From Iphione sp. A-MEVVRFRX5 (Eukaryota): a stretch of DNA of 64,000 nt. The stretch is taken from assembly GCA_976226885.1 (NCBI GenBank), contig OZ320321.1, forward strand, positions 33,790,001-33,854,000. The letters run 5' to 3'. The translations under genes and the position numbers were made by a program. Positions 1-13,234 of this stretch are shown here, in pieces. Position 1 is the first letter of the stretch. Every line of letters begins with the position of its first letter. The notes below the pieces were generated by a model. It ran no database searches and was not told the origin of the DNA. It saw only the letters and a program-made list of their open reading frames with translations.

Positions 1-4
1 ATTA

Positions 5-521
5 GACTGCTACAAGGTGGTGCTGGCAGGAAAGGGTTATAGGTGCGTGTGTGTCCATGTATCTGAGTACACAGCCAGACCTAGAAATCCTCAAAGAAGG
101 TATATATATTTGTGGTAGGAAAATCGACAAAATTTCATCTTTAGAATACTTGAATTATGGTCCCACATACATAAAATGTCACATGTTAAAATCATTTTTT
201 ATTTGACTGAAGAGTTTTAGAGGACCACAAGAGTATGATAGAATTTTTTGGGGGGGATTTGATGGATATTATTCCATCAAGAAGGCGAGACATATGCAAA
301 ACTCAACCGACTTATGAGTCCTTTGAGCAAAGTCAACAATTGTTGATCACCTTGGAGACAACTACAATGATGCCTGAGGAGCCTAATGGGCGAAACCTTG
401 TTTTTATATCCTTGAAGCCTGTACTAATGATAGAAAATGTGATTAATAAAGATTTGAATGAATAACCAATTGATTGAAAGGTGCATTTAAAAGAAAACGC
501 TTTGCCATGGGGATCTGTCAA
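5..521 (+). pseudogene. Decayed fibrinogen-related domain (FReD/FBG) relic, copy 1
   Basis: Motifs appear in FReD order: DCYKVVLAG (5-31, cf. DCxxIxxxG); EY..xF..FDG region (about 228-266); then one frame 255-521 reading STIVDH..DN..GA*WAKPC (cf. FSTxDxDND..GGWWYxxC), *ITN*LKG (cf. GIxWxxWKG; both TGA are one change from GGA/TGG) and KRFAMGICQ (cf. KxxxMxIRP; TGT/CAA are one change from CGT/CCA). There are 8 stops in that frame and it is shorter than a full domain. Confidence 0.4.
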
Positions 522-1378
522 CACTTACCAAGTGTATGACATCATAATGTCTCACCATGAAACAGTAGTCAAGAATAGAACCATTTGGATTTCATACTCA
601 AGGTAGCATCCACCAGGAGAAGACGTCACGCCACGTTTTTCACAAAAAAGAGCATGATAGAAGATCAGATGGCTGAACAACAGCCTTCCTAAGATCCCCC
701 GCTCTCAATGAAAGTGTTGGACAATAAAGTGGAATCCCTCATAGCAAATAACCCTTTAATCAGGACATCTCACAGTATGGAAATACCAGAGACAGAACTA
801 GGTTTAGTGCTCAAAGTTCTCCTGCACTTCAAGAGTTTCTCCTCTGCTGTCCACCTGAATGTAATTTCACTATCTTTACCTGCAGTAACCAATGCTCCTC
901 TTTTCTCAACCTCCAGCAACCAGTGTATATTTCCCATCTCAAGCTATTTATCTGTTCAGCGCTACTGAACACAGCTTTGACTAATTGGTCATCTATTCAT
1001 TTTTAGTATTAGGAACGTGGTTAATTGTTTCCTCAGTGGATAGTGGCCTGTTCATACAGAGTAAGCACTGCTATTCTTTCCTCAAAGTCTGGTGATCTGA
1101 TCACGCTTAGTAAGAAAGGCAATAACTCTGTTTATATCTAATGGGTGTACAGGTAGTTTCCCTTTTCTAACTTCGTTATTATGTATTAATCCCCAGTCAT
1201 TTTTTCATTCCTAACCGCAGAGTTATCAGACAGGTTATGCTCAAGTGCCACTCCGTCCCTGGTATCAACACTGTAAATAGACAGGTCGACACACCCGTCA
1301 GTCCAGCTAGCTTAGTAAACCGCCCTAAAATACTCCCTCATTGACCGCGCAATGCAGCAGTCTCAACCCTAACTTATC

Positions 1379-1400
1379 CGGCGGCGGCGGCGGCGGCGGC
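1379..1400. repeat. (CGG)7 microsatellite
   Basis: Direct reading. Confidence 0.95.
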
Positions 1401-2110
1401 CTACCCCTAGCGTCCTGCACGACACGGCCTAAAGTATTTATATAAGGAAGTGACACGGCAAAGGTTCACGTGGGCCAGGTGTGTAGATGGGAAGACATGG
1501 ACAAAGCAAACGAGGCGGCCACACGAGATATGGTTATATTAAGAAAGTTGTATCGCTAGTCAAATAATAATAAAATGGACTTTTAGACCGGTACAGTGAC
1601 TAGTGGAGTTACCTTGTTTAGATTGAGTTAATTAAGGTCAAGAATAGTAGACATGAAAAGCTGTCAGCATTGGACATGTAACTTCAATATATTATTCGAG
1701 ATTCAGCTTACGATTAGTACTTTGTTTGAATGCTTACTTCATGTGTATACATTTTACTTGTTATTCGTTCTTATAATTCCTTTTTTATGCCATATCCATT
1801 GGAAGATCGTTTGCTCCGTAAAAGAATAAAGTGAATAAAACAGTTTCAATTACAAATACGGAATTGTCAAGATATGAATTAGTTAAGGCTCTGATTAAGG
1901 AAGTTAATAAATAGCTAAAATCTGTAACTGTACTGTAACTTGAATTCGATTCATTGTCTCCATTTTCATGGATGGCAGTTGGAGAAATTAAATGCTCATT
2001 GGTTTAGAGCGTATTACTAGCTAAAGATCAAAATGGCGATGATGAAGTATAATATGCGAACTGTTGAACAAAATTACCCACGCTGTCGTCCTAATGCCCA
2101 TGCTCACACA

Positions 2111-2170
<60 letters not shown>
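2111..2170. repeat. Compound (TG)8(AG)22 microsatellite
   Basis: Direct reading; explains the ERERER/SLSLSL ORFs in the track. Confidence 0.97.
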
Positions 2171-2176
<6 letters not shown>

Positions 2177-4240
2177 AGGGAGGGAGCGTGTGTATGTTAC
2201 GTGTGTGCGTGTGGAGTCAGATAAGCTGAAGGTATGCCCAGGAACTCGAGTTGTGTAAGCTACTTTCACAGGTTTAATTCAATCACTGCCCTCTGAACTA
2301 GTATGACTTAGACCGTTTGTAATTCAACCCTCAATCCACGGCCATGGTTGTATTGAGTCAAGAAAGAAGACGCATTATTAGCGCAACCCCGTCTTCATGT
2401 TACCACTACAGACGTAAAGAGTAATTAGCACAGATTCACGCATTGTACCAAACCTTCCATGACAATTTCGAATGCAGCAGTATTAGATAAAGCAGAAAAT
2501 ATGAGAGAAATTAATCAGGCTGTTTACAATAACTTATTAAATTTCCGTCTTATAACGTCTGACTTCTGACTTTAAATTACACAGTAAAATATAAATTAGG
2601 ACTAAAATGACTCCGCTAGACCACCTTTGTGAAGAGTGCTTCGTGAAAAGTGCAGTCGTGATCCAGCTTCAGGTCTTATACATGCACGTACTCGCCCTTA
2701 AAGTTCGCATCGCTCTTTCTTAACGTCTATTAAAGGGGCAGGCATACTTCTGGTAATTCGTCCCTTCAGCTGGTGAAGTTGGGGGTGAAGGTATTGGGGG
2801 GCGGGGGAGACAAAAGGGCGAGAAGTGTGACGGAATTAGTCTAAATCTGTCATGTGCCGTCCGCTGAGTATTATCAATTACTGAAATATGTTAATGGAGT
2901 AAGACTTCATGGCTTTTCCGATTTAGTTTCACAGACAAATCAATACGTTCATCTAAAGTATAAGAAATAAGAAAACAGGACAGTGTATTTCCCCTGTACA
3001 TGAGTAGGAAAAGGCCTGATGCTGATGACCATGCACCTAACAGATAATTGATCGTGACCAACAAGGATGCAATGTATACTGTACAGCAAAGACGATATCA
3101 GCGGTCGCTAATACATGTACATATTTCATAGGAGGGGACTACTTGCTTGCTGAAATGATTAAAAACCTCTTGCTTTAGAGGCCAACACATTTTCAATCGA
3201 ACATCCAGTACTATTTTCTATCAAGAGACTCTTAAATGCGGTACGATCATTATTTAACTTTTGGAGGCATCTGATTCACCGCCCCCAATCCCATCCCACG
3301 CCCCGTCCCCCGCCCAAATAACGTTTCAGTACGACAGTGCTGTGATTATAATGTCAAGAAATTAAGTAAAGCATTTGATTCCGTTATTACTAACATATCT
3401 CTTAACAGGTTCAAAGGGCTCGGGGCGTGCCTCAGGGACAATTTCAGCGTCCTTCTTTTTACGGCATGATGAAGTCCGCGGCAACAATACCTCCATGATA
3501 TATGCTTGCTCTTCACATCTCCAATTAAACAAAGGCCCAAGATACGACCAGCGCTGGTCCAACCAAAATAATATCATAACGAAGACGTAAACTCAATCTT
3601 TTATCGATAGGTCGAAAAACATTTTAGGATTTATATGAAAAATAATGATGCAGAAAAACGACAATCCCAGCCACAACGGACGATAATAATCTGGTGACCG
3701 CTTACTCCATTCCCTCCCTCTCCGGTTATAAAATTCTGAATCAGGAAAGACTCGGGGGCGGAGGGCTAAAATTATTCTCACCGGTGAATATAACTCTGTG
3801 AGATGTAAGGCTGATTATATAATGAGACATTCTATAATGATACCAACAACCAATAAATGGCAGGAACAACTAGGCGTGTTCCATTTAAACATTATGAATT
3901 CATACATACGTATCTTTTGTGAAACATTTAACATTTTTAAAAGAATATTGGAGAACACGAGTCCAAAGGTTCGCAATAATAACAGAATAAGATTTGAAGG
4001 CCTCAAATAACGAAAACGACGTGCAAGTGTCTTCGGCAGTTCGTTTAAAGCTACACAGCTGCAACACAGTTGCTGTGCTGCTGGTGTTTGGTTAGTGAAA
4101 AACGTTCAATATTGACACGCATTCTTAAGTGCATTTATAGGCTATTAATACAGCCATTTTGATGTGGACGCTTGACACAATTAGGTCCGACCCAGGCAGA
4201 GTTGTAATGAGGCTAATTAGGAATAAACGTCTCAAAACAC

Positions 4241-4326
4241 CGGAAATACTGGTCACAGTGCCCCTCTGACTTAGATTTAAATGCGGAAATAGTGGTCACA
4301 GTGCCCCTCAGACTTAGATTTCAAGT
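4241..4326. repeat. 43-bp tandem duplication
   Basis: cggaaata(c/g)tggtcacagtgcccctc(t/a)gacttagattt starts at 4241 and 4284. Confidence 0.9.
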
Positions 4327-5564
4327 GCGAAAAAGTCATGGTGTTTCGAAACGTGTCTATGTCCTATGATAGGAAATATTCATACATGTATTAGGTGATG
4401 TGACAACATACACATACACATACATCATTCATGAAAACATTGGTTAGCCACCCAAACACATTTTACCACGTTAATCACTAACAATGTGTTAATATAGAGG
4501 GTATCCTATCTCCCCTCTCCTTTCTCCATTATACTATTTGATATCTAACTGACTAAATTATTGTCCCAAACCTCCAAAGATGTGGAGACTGTCTGACCTT
4601 CCATCACAACCTTGTGGGTCTTACAACTCAAAGGAACTAAAAGTTGGACATGATACCCTTTCATATGGACACATGCTGTTGGCCTATTTCTGTTTTATTG
4701 GAAGTAATTTAGAGACGAAATTATTGGACACAATATATTTTGCTCACCAACACAGAAGCATACACTCACTGTGTGGGGTACAACATTGTGATAGTCAATT
4801 GGTGCAATCAGGCATATCATTCATCATACAAGTTTGGTGGTAGGTGGTAGAAGTGGGGACAATCTGAATGTGCTCTCTTGAATAAATGGCATCAATGTCT
4901 GAAACCATACTCTTAGCCAAAAATTTAACTTCAACCATCCCAAATTATGTCTTTGCTCTATTAAAGCCCGGTTTCCATATGTGCATTTCTTGTCCATTAT
5001 GTTGCCTTCCGTTGACTTCTGTTTTTATGAATATGGTCATTTCAATGAAGGATGTCTTCAATGTACATCTGTGTATTGAGGTACATTGGCCTTCCACGGT
5101 TGAGCACTGCTTGATAATTTGATGGACACCAATGCACAATAACATACAGCAGATTGTCTTTTGAGGGGGCAATTTTTGAACATGATTTTTTAAGGCTTTT
5201 AGCATCAGATTTGTCCTTTTTGATTATTTTTCTCCTCACTTACAGTGTTCGTGGTTTGTATCATCAAATTTCTCCATCTTTATTTTAAAGAAAGCTACTT
5301 TCTGACGAAGGACGCTTTTATCCTGATGTCATTATTACAGTAGAGATGCAGTTACTCCGTCTTTTATGTCAAATCAGCAGCATCAAAAGTATAACTTCTT
5401 CTGGAAGCAAGTACAGCCAATGGTTACACCATTCGGTCTGGTGACTTTATTTAGTTGTGACTAAACAAGCAGAAACCTTTTGTCTGTACTTGCATGCAGT
5501 AGCATTGTTCTCTTGCAACAGATCACGATGCACACTTTTACTAATTATAATTCAAAGCACTTAC

Positions 5565-5646
5565 CTGGAACAAATGCGCCTGGCATCTTCCCATGTGGCC
5601 GTAAACGTGAACACATAGTAACATTTGTCCCCGCGACCTATCCAAT
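5565..5646 (-). CDS. C-type lectin domain exon (N-terminal half of CTLD)
   Basis: Acceptor ttttcattggattctgcag, donor AG|gtaagt; 82 bp, phase 1 to 2; encodes (N)WIGRGDKCYYVFTFTATWEDARRICS, matching the CTLD pattern WxxxxxxCYxxxxxxxxWxxAxxxC. Confidence 0.85.
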
Positions 5647-6362
5647 CTGCAGAATCCAATGAAAAGCAAATATTTTCAATCATTTAAACACACGGTGTTA
5701 CTGGATTTCACACGACAGCTGTATAATGTTGCATCCTTGAGAAGTATTTATTATAGCAAATACCAAATGTTGATGAAGCTTATTTTTAAGTGAATGAGTT
5801 TGGAGCTCATTCGTTTTGAACATAAAATATATCTATATTAAGATAGTTTTGCTTACAGTAGAGACTGCAAATCCTACTGATGAAATAAGCTACAAGGGAT
5901 TGTTAAAGCACGGGAACGCCAGGAGTAAAGGGGCAAGTTATCATGCACCAACAGTGTTTACAGGAGGATTATTATTTAGTAAACTTACTGAAGTATGCTA
6001 TTTTCCATTTTTTCTGTATGTGGGTGTAGTCCCCTTCTTCGAATGCCTACCCAGACAAAACATGGCCTCTCCTCCACTTAGAACTTGGCCTCTCCTCCAC
6101 TTAGAACTACCTTTCTGTGATAACATCTCAAATTAGAGGAAAGCCTTGAGTGTTAGAGCAGTGGACATGAGCATTCTTACCCAGCAAGGCTCCATGGAAC
6201 TGCCTGAGAGGCAAGTGTCCCTTAAGATCCCTTCGAATTGGCTCTGAAATCCCCTTACTGAACTCTGAATTACCTTTTCTGGGTCCTCTGTGCCTACGCC
6301 CTCCCATACCTGCCCTTGTGTTCCTTTACTAGGTTATGAACAGAGATAATATATGAACTTAC

Positions 6363-6423
6363 TCGGTGGACATGTGAAGTTCTTCCCCTCGGGTGTCCGC
6401 CACCTGTAGGGAAAGTCCACTTT
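6363..6423 (-). CDS. Exon upstream of the C-type lectin exon
   Basis: Strong polypyrimidine acceptor ending tttttcacag and donor A|gtaagt; 61 bp, phase 0 to 1; KVDFPYRWRTPEGKNFTCPP splices in frame to give TCPPNWIGRGDKCY, the canonical CPxxW...CY start of a CTLD. Confidence 0.8.
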
Positions 6424-9400
6424 CTGTGAAAAAAGATAAGAATATTTATATTTAAATTCATATTTATCAAGCAGATAAGGGCAATCACTGAATCAATTAA
6501 GAAGTGATGGTCAAATTTCATTTGATACTTCCCCCTGTTAATTTAGGCTATATCGCGATTGAAATTTAGTCCAATACTAAATAAAACAGGAGTAGGAATG
6601 CAAGGTGAGACATGAAATAAACAAAGTAAACCAACATATTTATGTTGAATAGCCAAAGTTTGAATAGTAGTTGTCGTAGGTTCTCCCGAAGGTAGCAGAA
6701 AAAAGGAGGGCATTTCACATTAATAAGATATATATCTAAGACACTTATTGAAAACCTGTCCACACCTGTATTTGTTCAGGTGTTCACACATTATTATTTG
6801 AAGACTATGAAATATGCCTCCGTGTCATCTCTGTGGTCCTACCACAATGAATGACAACATTCTGATGCTTAATTTCTATAAGTGCATGTAGCATGTTTTC
6901 GTGATCGTAAAATCAAGGTTGACACCTTGTTCACCATGATCATATTAATGAAAAAGAAGAGAAAAACAAAGTGGAGCCCTGCATCACCCCACTAAGTAGC
7001 ACAGAATCCATTGAAAGTGTATCTGTATAGCCATACAGAAATGGCCCATGAAAACGTGCGCTTGGAAATTTAGCCTAACTGGTGGTAATCAAATCAGACA
7101 TTAAATGATGTCGAGCAATACACTGATATAAAGTAATGTCATAAAACAAACATCTTAAAGAGCATTCAATGTACTATGTACAGGATAACCCCTGATTACG
7201 GATGCTCGTCTACAGCGGACGTCCCTAACAATGGACACCCTGGCCCCAGTCCCTTATAAAACCCCTGTTTAAGGGAGCCCGGACGGACACCGTGGACACT
7301 CAGGGACAGCAGACACCCCCACCTTTGGACAGTCCCTAAACCTTTTTTTACAGGATCTACAGCGAACAACCACCCTTCAATCTGCCTTCTTTGAAGGACT
7401 CTTGCACCCGAGAGAGGTGCGACCTAGACCCAACACCCTGGAGGAATGCCTCTTTGAAGGAGGTGTGAACCCATCCTTCCTCTGCCATTGACCCCCTTTA
7501 GTCTGCCATTGCCGTCATTCCCTCTGCCCCTTCCTACCCTTAAGTCTATTGCTGCCGTCCTTCCCTCTACCGTTGCCTGCCCTTCAATCTACCTTCACCC
7601 TTCACCAACCATGCCTTTTTTATTTTCTTTTTATTTATAATTCTTATGTGGATCTATAATTATTGGGTATTGATTTGATTGATTGGAAAGTGATAGAGAG
7701 AGAGGGAGAAGGGGTAGCCCGGACACAGCGGACACCCCCAACAACAGACGGTTTGAGCTCAGTCCCCTCGATGTAGGTATCTAAATGAAAATGCTTTCAA
7801 TAGATTCATACTGCAATCTTATGTTGAAATGGACTAATTAATTATTCCATGACCTGGCAACATATGGTATCTTGTTCTAGGAAGCAGGAGGGATGTATGT
7901 ACCCAACAGTAGCCAAAATATGTGTGTCTCTTTGACTTGAAAAGTTAATCCTGGGTTACGATGTATATAGAAAATCGACACCAATTTCAAACACACCGCA
8001 CATGGAATGCCACGTCAAGTCAAGGGCCTTTCTATCGAGTACCACTTAGCAGTGTTCCGTCTGCCCTCATCGGTGTATTTGCTTACCACCAAACACGAAA
8101 GCGTGAAGTACCAAGATGTGTGCAGCCGGTAGGACTATTGGTTTAAAATACGTCCAAACCTGCTCTGAATGTGTACACGAAGTATTTAAAGTATCCGGTC
8201 CCTACTTCTTGTCTACAAAGTACGACGAATGTTAATTTGAAATCCCTCAAAGACCAATACGGTACGCTACATGTGCATACGCTCTGGTTTCTTAAAAATA
8301 ACCCTTCAGGTAAATATTACCGCATTTACATATGTGTAAATGTATATATGATTTCAAAAGCCGGATTATTACGTAGTCGCCATCTTCTATGTGTCTTTCA
8401 TGTCGGATAATTGATCTCCTGATAAAGTTTTACATCAAGTGTCAGCCAAGTCTATCTATTGTCTTTATGGTACCTAGTTTGTAGGATTAAATCTAGGTCA
8501 GATACACGCAGACATTTCAATCCTGACTGTTTTCAATAGCGGCAGTTCTGAGACAAACTTGACTTTCGTCTTGTCACACCACCAGTTATCTCCATGTGGT
8601 ATCAGAAGAGGATTGTAACAAAGTACAAGGAAGGGGACTGCATAAAACGTTTTCTGATCATGACATTTATTGTGTTTGTTCGAGAACAGACAAAATACAT
8701 AGTCAAAAGATTTATTAAGGGAGAGAACAACACCCTATTGAGCACTGGGATTTATAACCCAACCATTCTTATGTCTGTCTACATCGATGAACCTGAATAT
8801 GACGTCAGGTGAAATTTTCAGTTTATTCATTACCCTAATCAAGGACAGTCACTCGGCCCAAGGTCACAGGTTTCTTGCATACTCCTCTATCCCAATGCCA
8901 TCCAGTCCCTACACCAAAGCCTTAGTCCTTATACCTCGGTAAACTTGATGTATCCTGTGTCTTATCGAATCAAAATCAAATCACTGCTCTCTTATACAAC
9001 TATGTCCATAGCATGGTATTTCATCCTTATCTCAGTTTGTGCCTTCTGACTCATCAAATGAAATGAATATTGCAACTTTGTTTCAAATGACCACAACTAT
9101 AAAAATATAAAAGTTATAATAGAAACAAGAAAATGGTCCTGGAAGGTCTATTGTCCCCATCATTAGCCGCATGTTGAAGCAGGCAACAATGAAGGTAACG
9201 TACCTATAGGGGTCATAAGAGGGCCACTCATGAACAAAGGGGATGAGATTTCAAGATCCAAGATGTTTGCTCTTATTTATAGTGAACAGAAAAAAGAGAG
9301 GCAGACAGAGAGACATTCACTATTTTTATGCCTTTAAATAACTAATAATGATATGAAAATACCTCATACAGCGGAAACCCCATTTGTGACCACATCGATT

Positions 9401-11081
9401 TGTGATCATTCTCCATTTGTGATCACCTAAGTTGGGAACAAAACGTTTGATATCTATACAGTTGATTCCCTATTTGTGACAACATTCACCAATGACACCA
9501 CTTGAGGTTGGCCCCAAGTGATGGTTGCAAATAGGGTTGGAGTCATCATCTCATGCCATACAATGGTTTAGAACATAGGAGACCCACATGGTCGTGATGG
9601 TTGGCCGGATGTTAGTGCAACAGAATTCTTGTGGCTGCGTATTGTATGAGATGGGATATCAATATAGGACAATACAAAGACAAAGTAATTAATTATGCAC
9701 CTTGCCATATTAATGCTACCTCTGAAGAGAGGTCCAACCCCTCTACAAGCGCTTCCACTCCCGAAACACTTAGTTTTCTTGAATGTTGATACAGTAGTGA
9801 TCTAATGTATACAAGCACTTCAGAGCAATGCTAATCGAGTGGGGACAGAGTGTATGATGAAGTAGGGGTAGCCTCCAAGAAACGGGAATAACGGGAGTAC
9901 TGCAGAGTTGTTGTCAGACGCATGTAAGACGATAAATAGGGGCTCTGCAGTGCATAATGATTAAAATATTCATAACATTAATAATTAAATGGGCCCTTGA
10001 ATTGATCCAATTGGCTGAGGTGTGGTACAGCTACCTGTACAATATAGACAAAAGAGTGGACATTCAAGGTTGCTTGTCCCACATCTCGACTGCCTATTAT
10101 CACACTTGTATAATGAATTGTATGCCTGAGTGCACACAATTGACCAACTCTACGTTACTTCTAATGCAGTGAGTATGTGTGTGGGTGAGCAGAATATATT
10201 GAAGTGAAATAATTTTACTTGTAAATTACTTTGTATGAAATAGAAATCGACCGGTAGCATGTATCCATATGGATGAGTATTATGTCCAACCTTCAGTTTA
10301 TTTTATTTAAGGGAATTAATTTTATAAAACTCACAATATTGTGATGGAAGGTATGATAGTCCACACAGCATTAATCCTAAAGTTCCCCACTGCTTTAGAA
10401 TGTGGGTACAAAAAAAGTACAAGTAGGTGTAATACACTTCAGGGCTGCTTGCTATTCTCCTCAAGAAAAATGGTGAACGTCGATTGGAGGGCTACTGTTG
10501 AGGTTTCTCATGCGTCACTGTGGAGCATATCCATGGTTGTACAAATTCTGCTCCTTGATGACCAATGTCACCCCTTTAGCTACAGTCCCTGCCTGTCTTT
10601 GTGATGCGTTTGTCCTTTTTTCATTCTGTAAACTTCAATGCATGCAGACAATATGCAAGAGTCGGTTTCAACTCTTATGTGTATACTGTGCTGCTTGCCC
10701 TAGATGACTATAGGCCTCGAGCCGTATGTCTGATGCGGACCGTCCATTCAGGTCGCGTACCCAATACTCAGTGGGCAAATTTGGAAGGAGTTGCAGGTTT
10801 ACGCAATTTTACCAATCACTTGCTAATCTTGATCACTGAACCAACGAACAGGAAGTGGTAGGTGCGGTGTAAAACTTTTGAGTGGGGAGGTCGACAAAAC
10901 GATTACCGAGGCAGGCTCTTACAGCATTTGCTTCTCAATCTCTTCAGCCCATAGGGTTCAAGCTCTATGGAGGGTGGCAGCAAAAATATTTAATTTTCTC
11001 AGACTGCCCAGGGGACTGACATGTACCAATACCATGGCTATGTGGTCGCTTCCTAATTACATGCTGTGAAGAATATGGCTT

Positions 11082-11380
11082 AGGCCTAAACAAAAATATT
11101 CTGTGTTTCCGGTAACATGTCGGAAATATATAGAGTTCATATGTAGGTGTTTTTTTTCTTTAAGTTTATTCATGGAGTCTGAAAACGGGAGACAGTATGT
11201 TCCAAGGCTGAAATTAGCACTGCCACTGCTTTAATATTAATGGGATCAATGGCAAAAGAAGGCCAAGGACCTCAGGTAGAAAATTGTACAGATTCAATCC
11301 CAAGAAATTGGCAAAACAATTTTTAACAGTTCCCTTGGGAGAAAAATCAGGCAGGGTCAAGTTAACAGAAACTTTTTTTT
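11082..11380. mobile_element. Diverged copy of the aggcctaaa-terminated MITE
   Basis: Left end aggcctaaacaaaaatattctgtgtttccggtaac is nearly identical to 11654; only a degraded right end (gttaacagaaacttttt) is present near 11360-11380. Confidence 0.55.
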
Positions 11381-11653
11381 TTTTATAAAAATGAAGATAC
11401 TTTCATTGCTCCTTATCTTTCTTTTCCTTCTCTCTAGACATTTAAATATATCACCTGTATATACTTAACTAGATTATCAAGCTCATCCGCAACGACATTG
11501 CTAGATTACACTGTACTTCCTACACCACTTTGAGGTTTTCTCAATCGTTTAGCCCCATCTCTCCAATAGCTGGTGAGCTGGTGATCTTACTGTGGGAGTT
11601 CTAGAGAGGACTGTGGAAGTATAAGCAGTAGTCATACAAGGATGACTACAATG

Positions 11654-11980
11654 AGGCCTAAACAAAAAATATCTGTTTCCGGTAACCGGACCGACCCTAT
11701 ATTAGGGACTAATGTGACTTTTATTTTTTCTTGTTTTTTGAATAAGTTAAGAATAATAATGATAGAGGCATGTTCTATACACCAAATTGTTCCTTATGTT
11801 ACAGGCTTTCATCTGACATAAGTTTCATTTAGATCTAACCAGTATAAGTAACATTACCATATACATCTGTTGCTTGCAGCATCCTGTTACATTGAAAAAA
11901 AAAATAAAAAAATGTAACCACCGACCGACCCTGTATTTTTTCAGCTTGTTACCAGAAACACAGAACTTTTTTTTAGGCCT
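11654..11980. mobile_element. Non-autonomous TIR element (MITE), 327 bp
   Basis: Imperfect terminal inverted repeats of about 33 bp, aggcctaaacaaaaaatatctgtttccggtaac / gttaccagaaacacagaacttttttttaggcct, with subterminal ccgaccgaccct motifs. Confidence 0.8.
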
Positions 11981-12684
11981 GACCTCTGTGATCTATACTA
12001 TACCATGTGGATCTTGTGTGTGTCATGTAAATGAGCTATTTCGTTGACTGCGACTTCCATAGCCATAAATGTATCATGCTGGAAATATTCACACATCTAT
12101 GTACCTCTTGGTACATGCGGAGATGGAGTCAGAAGAAGTTGACGGATGTTACACAGACAGCAAGCCCACACACTACCATTAAAAGGATCTTCCACCAGTT
12201 TCTTTGAGTTTGGTCCGAAAAACGCATATGGGGGATCTAAATGGTGGACCGAGAAGATAAGAAAAAAAAGCTAGTTTCCTCCGAAGAGACAGAAGGGTAT
12301 GGGATGAATAGAGTGGTAGAGATAATGTGAGGTGGAAACATTGTTAACTCTACAAGGACGGCAGACCACGAGGACGGTCGGAATAAAGCTGGTGTGGTAT
12401 GCTCGGCTGTTGAGGCCGAACTCTCATCAATATTTGGTAGATGCCTCTCTGTACCAGGCAGGCGGAAGGTCTGTACCAAACCTGCCCACCTTGAGGAATG
12501 TCCCGTTTAGAAGGAGCATTAGAACTTCGATACACCGGGACGACTTCTTATGGTCGCCGTCCTTCCCATAATATGGGTTTTGCATTTTTGATCAGGGGAA
12601 TGCCCAGAATGATAATTTTGTTTTGCTTTATTACACTGTATACCGAGTGGTCCTTTCTTGCGTGATTGCACCTCGCTTTGTTAG

Positions 12685-12945
12685 ACTGCTGTAAGGTGGT
12701 GCTGATAGAAGTGGGGTACTGGTGAGTGTGTATGCATGTGTGTGATTACATTTCCAGACCTAGAAATCTCCAAACAAGTTATGAATGTTTGTGGTTGTGA
12801 TGGCAAAAGAGTAAACTGAAATAATTTCACTTTTAGAATACTTGAATTACTACCAGAATTACATGGTGCCATAGACAGATATAATATATAAAATCAGTTT
12901 ATTTGACTACAGAGTTTTAGAAGACCCATGAAAGTGTGATGAAAG
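12685..12945 (+). pseudogene. Diverged partial paralog of the 5-250 segment (FReD-like relic, copy 2)
   Basis: Co-linear blocks shared with 1-245: ttagactgct..aaggtggtgctg, ccagacctagaaatc, tttagaatacttgaatta, tttatttgact..agagttttaga.gacc. Similarity stops near 12945. Confidence 0.55.
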
Positions 12946-13156
12946 GTCAGACGATTGGACAGCAGCACTCCCAAGGTTCCCTCTCTATACGAGGTGGGGG
13001 ACAATAAAAGCAAAAATGTTGCTTTCTTAGTAAGATGAACGAGCCTGCTCGCTGTTAGCTATTTTAGATTGATCTGGAACGTGTTATCACAAATATCGTA
13101 AAATATCGTGAATAGTATCTTAACATAGATCTTTGCTATCCATGTTTAATGTCATA

Positions 13157-13234
13157 TACAGTCGGAACTCACGTAGGAGACCAACCTGGGGACTGGTTGG
13201 CATCCCCTGCTAGTTGGTCTACGTGTCGACTGTA
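13157..13234. mobile_element. Short imperfect palindrome, TA-flanked CAGT..ACTG MITE-like
   Basis: tacagtcg..acgtag..accaac ... gttggt.ctacgt.gtcgactgta; resembles Tc1/pogo-derived MITE ends. Confidence 0.55.

Noticed and set aside
393-422. KPCFYILEAC resembling the caspase KPKLFIIQAC motif
   Set aside because: No HG dyad and no RG after the Cys; the same frame is better explained by several ordered FReD motifs.
600-1240. Possible LINE ORF1 remnant on the minus strand
   Set aside because: Only vague similarity (DVLIKGL), with no zinc knuckle or adjacent ORF2 to support it.
3362-4220. PLWLGL, EEQAYIMEVL and SAWVG fragments as the missing C-type lectin exons
   Set aside because: Wrong order or wrong splice phase, and weak or absent donors.
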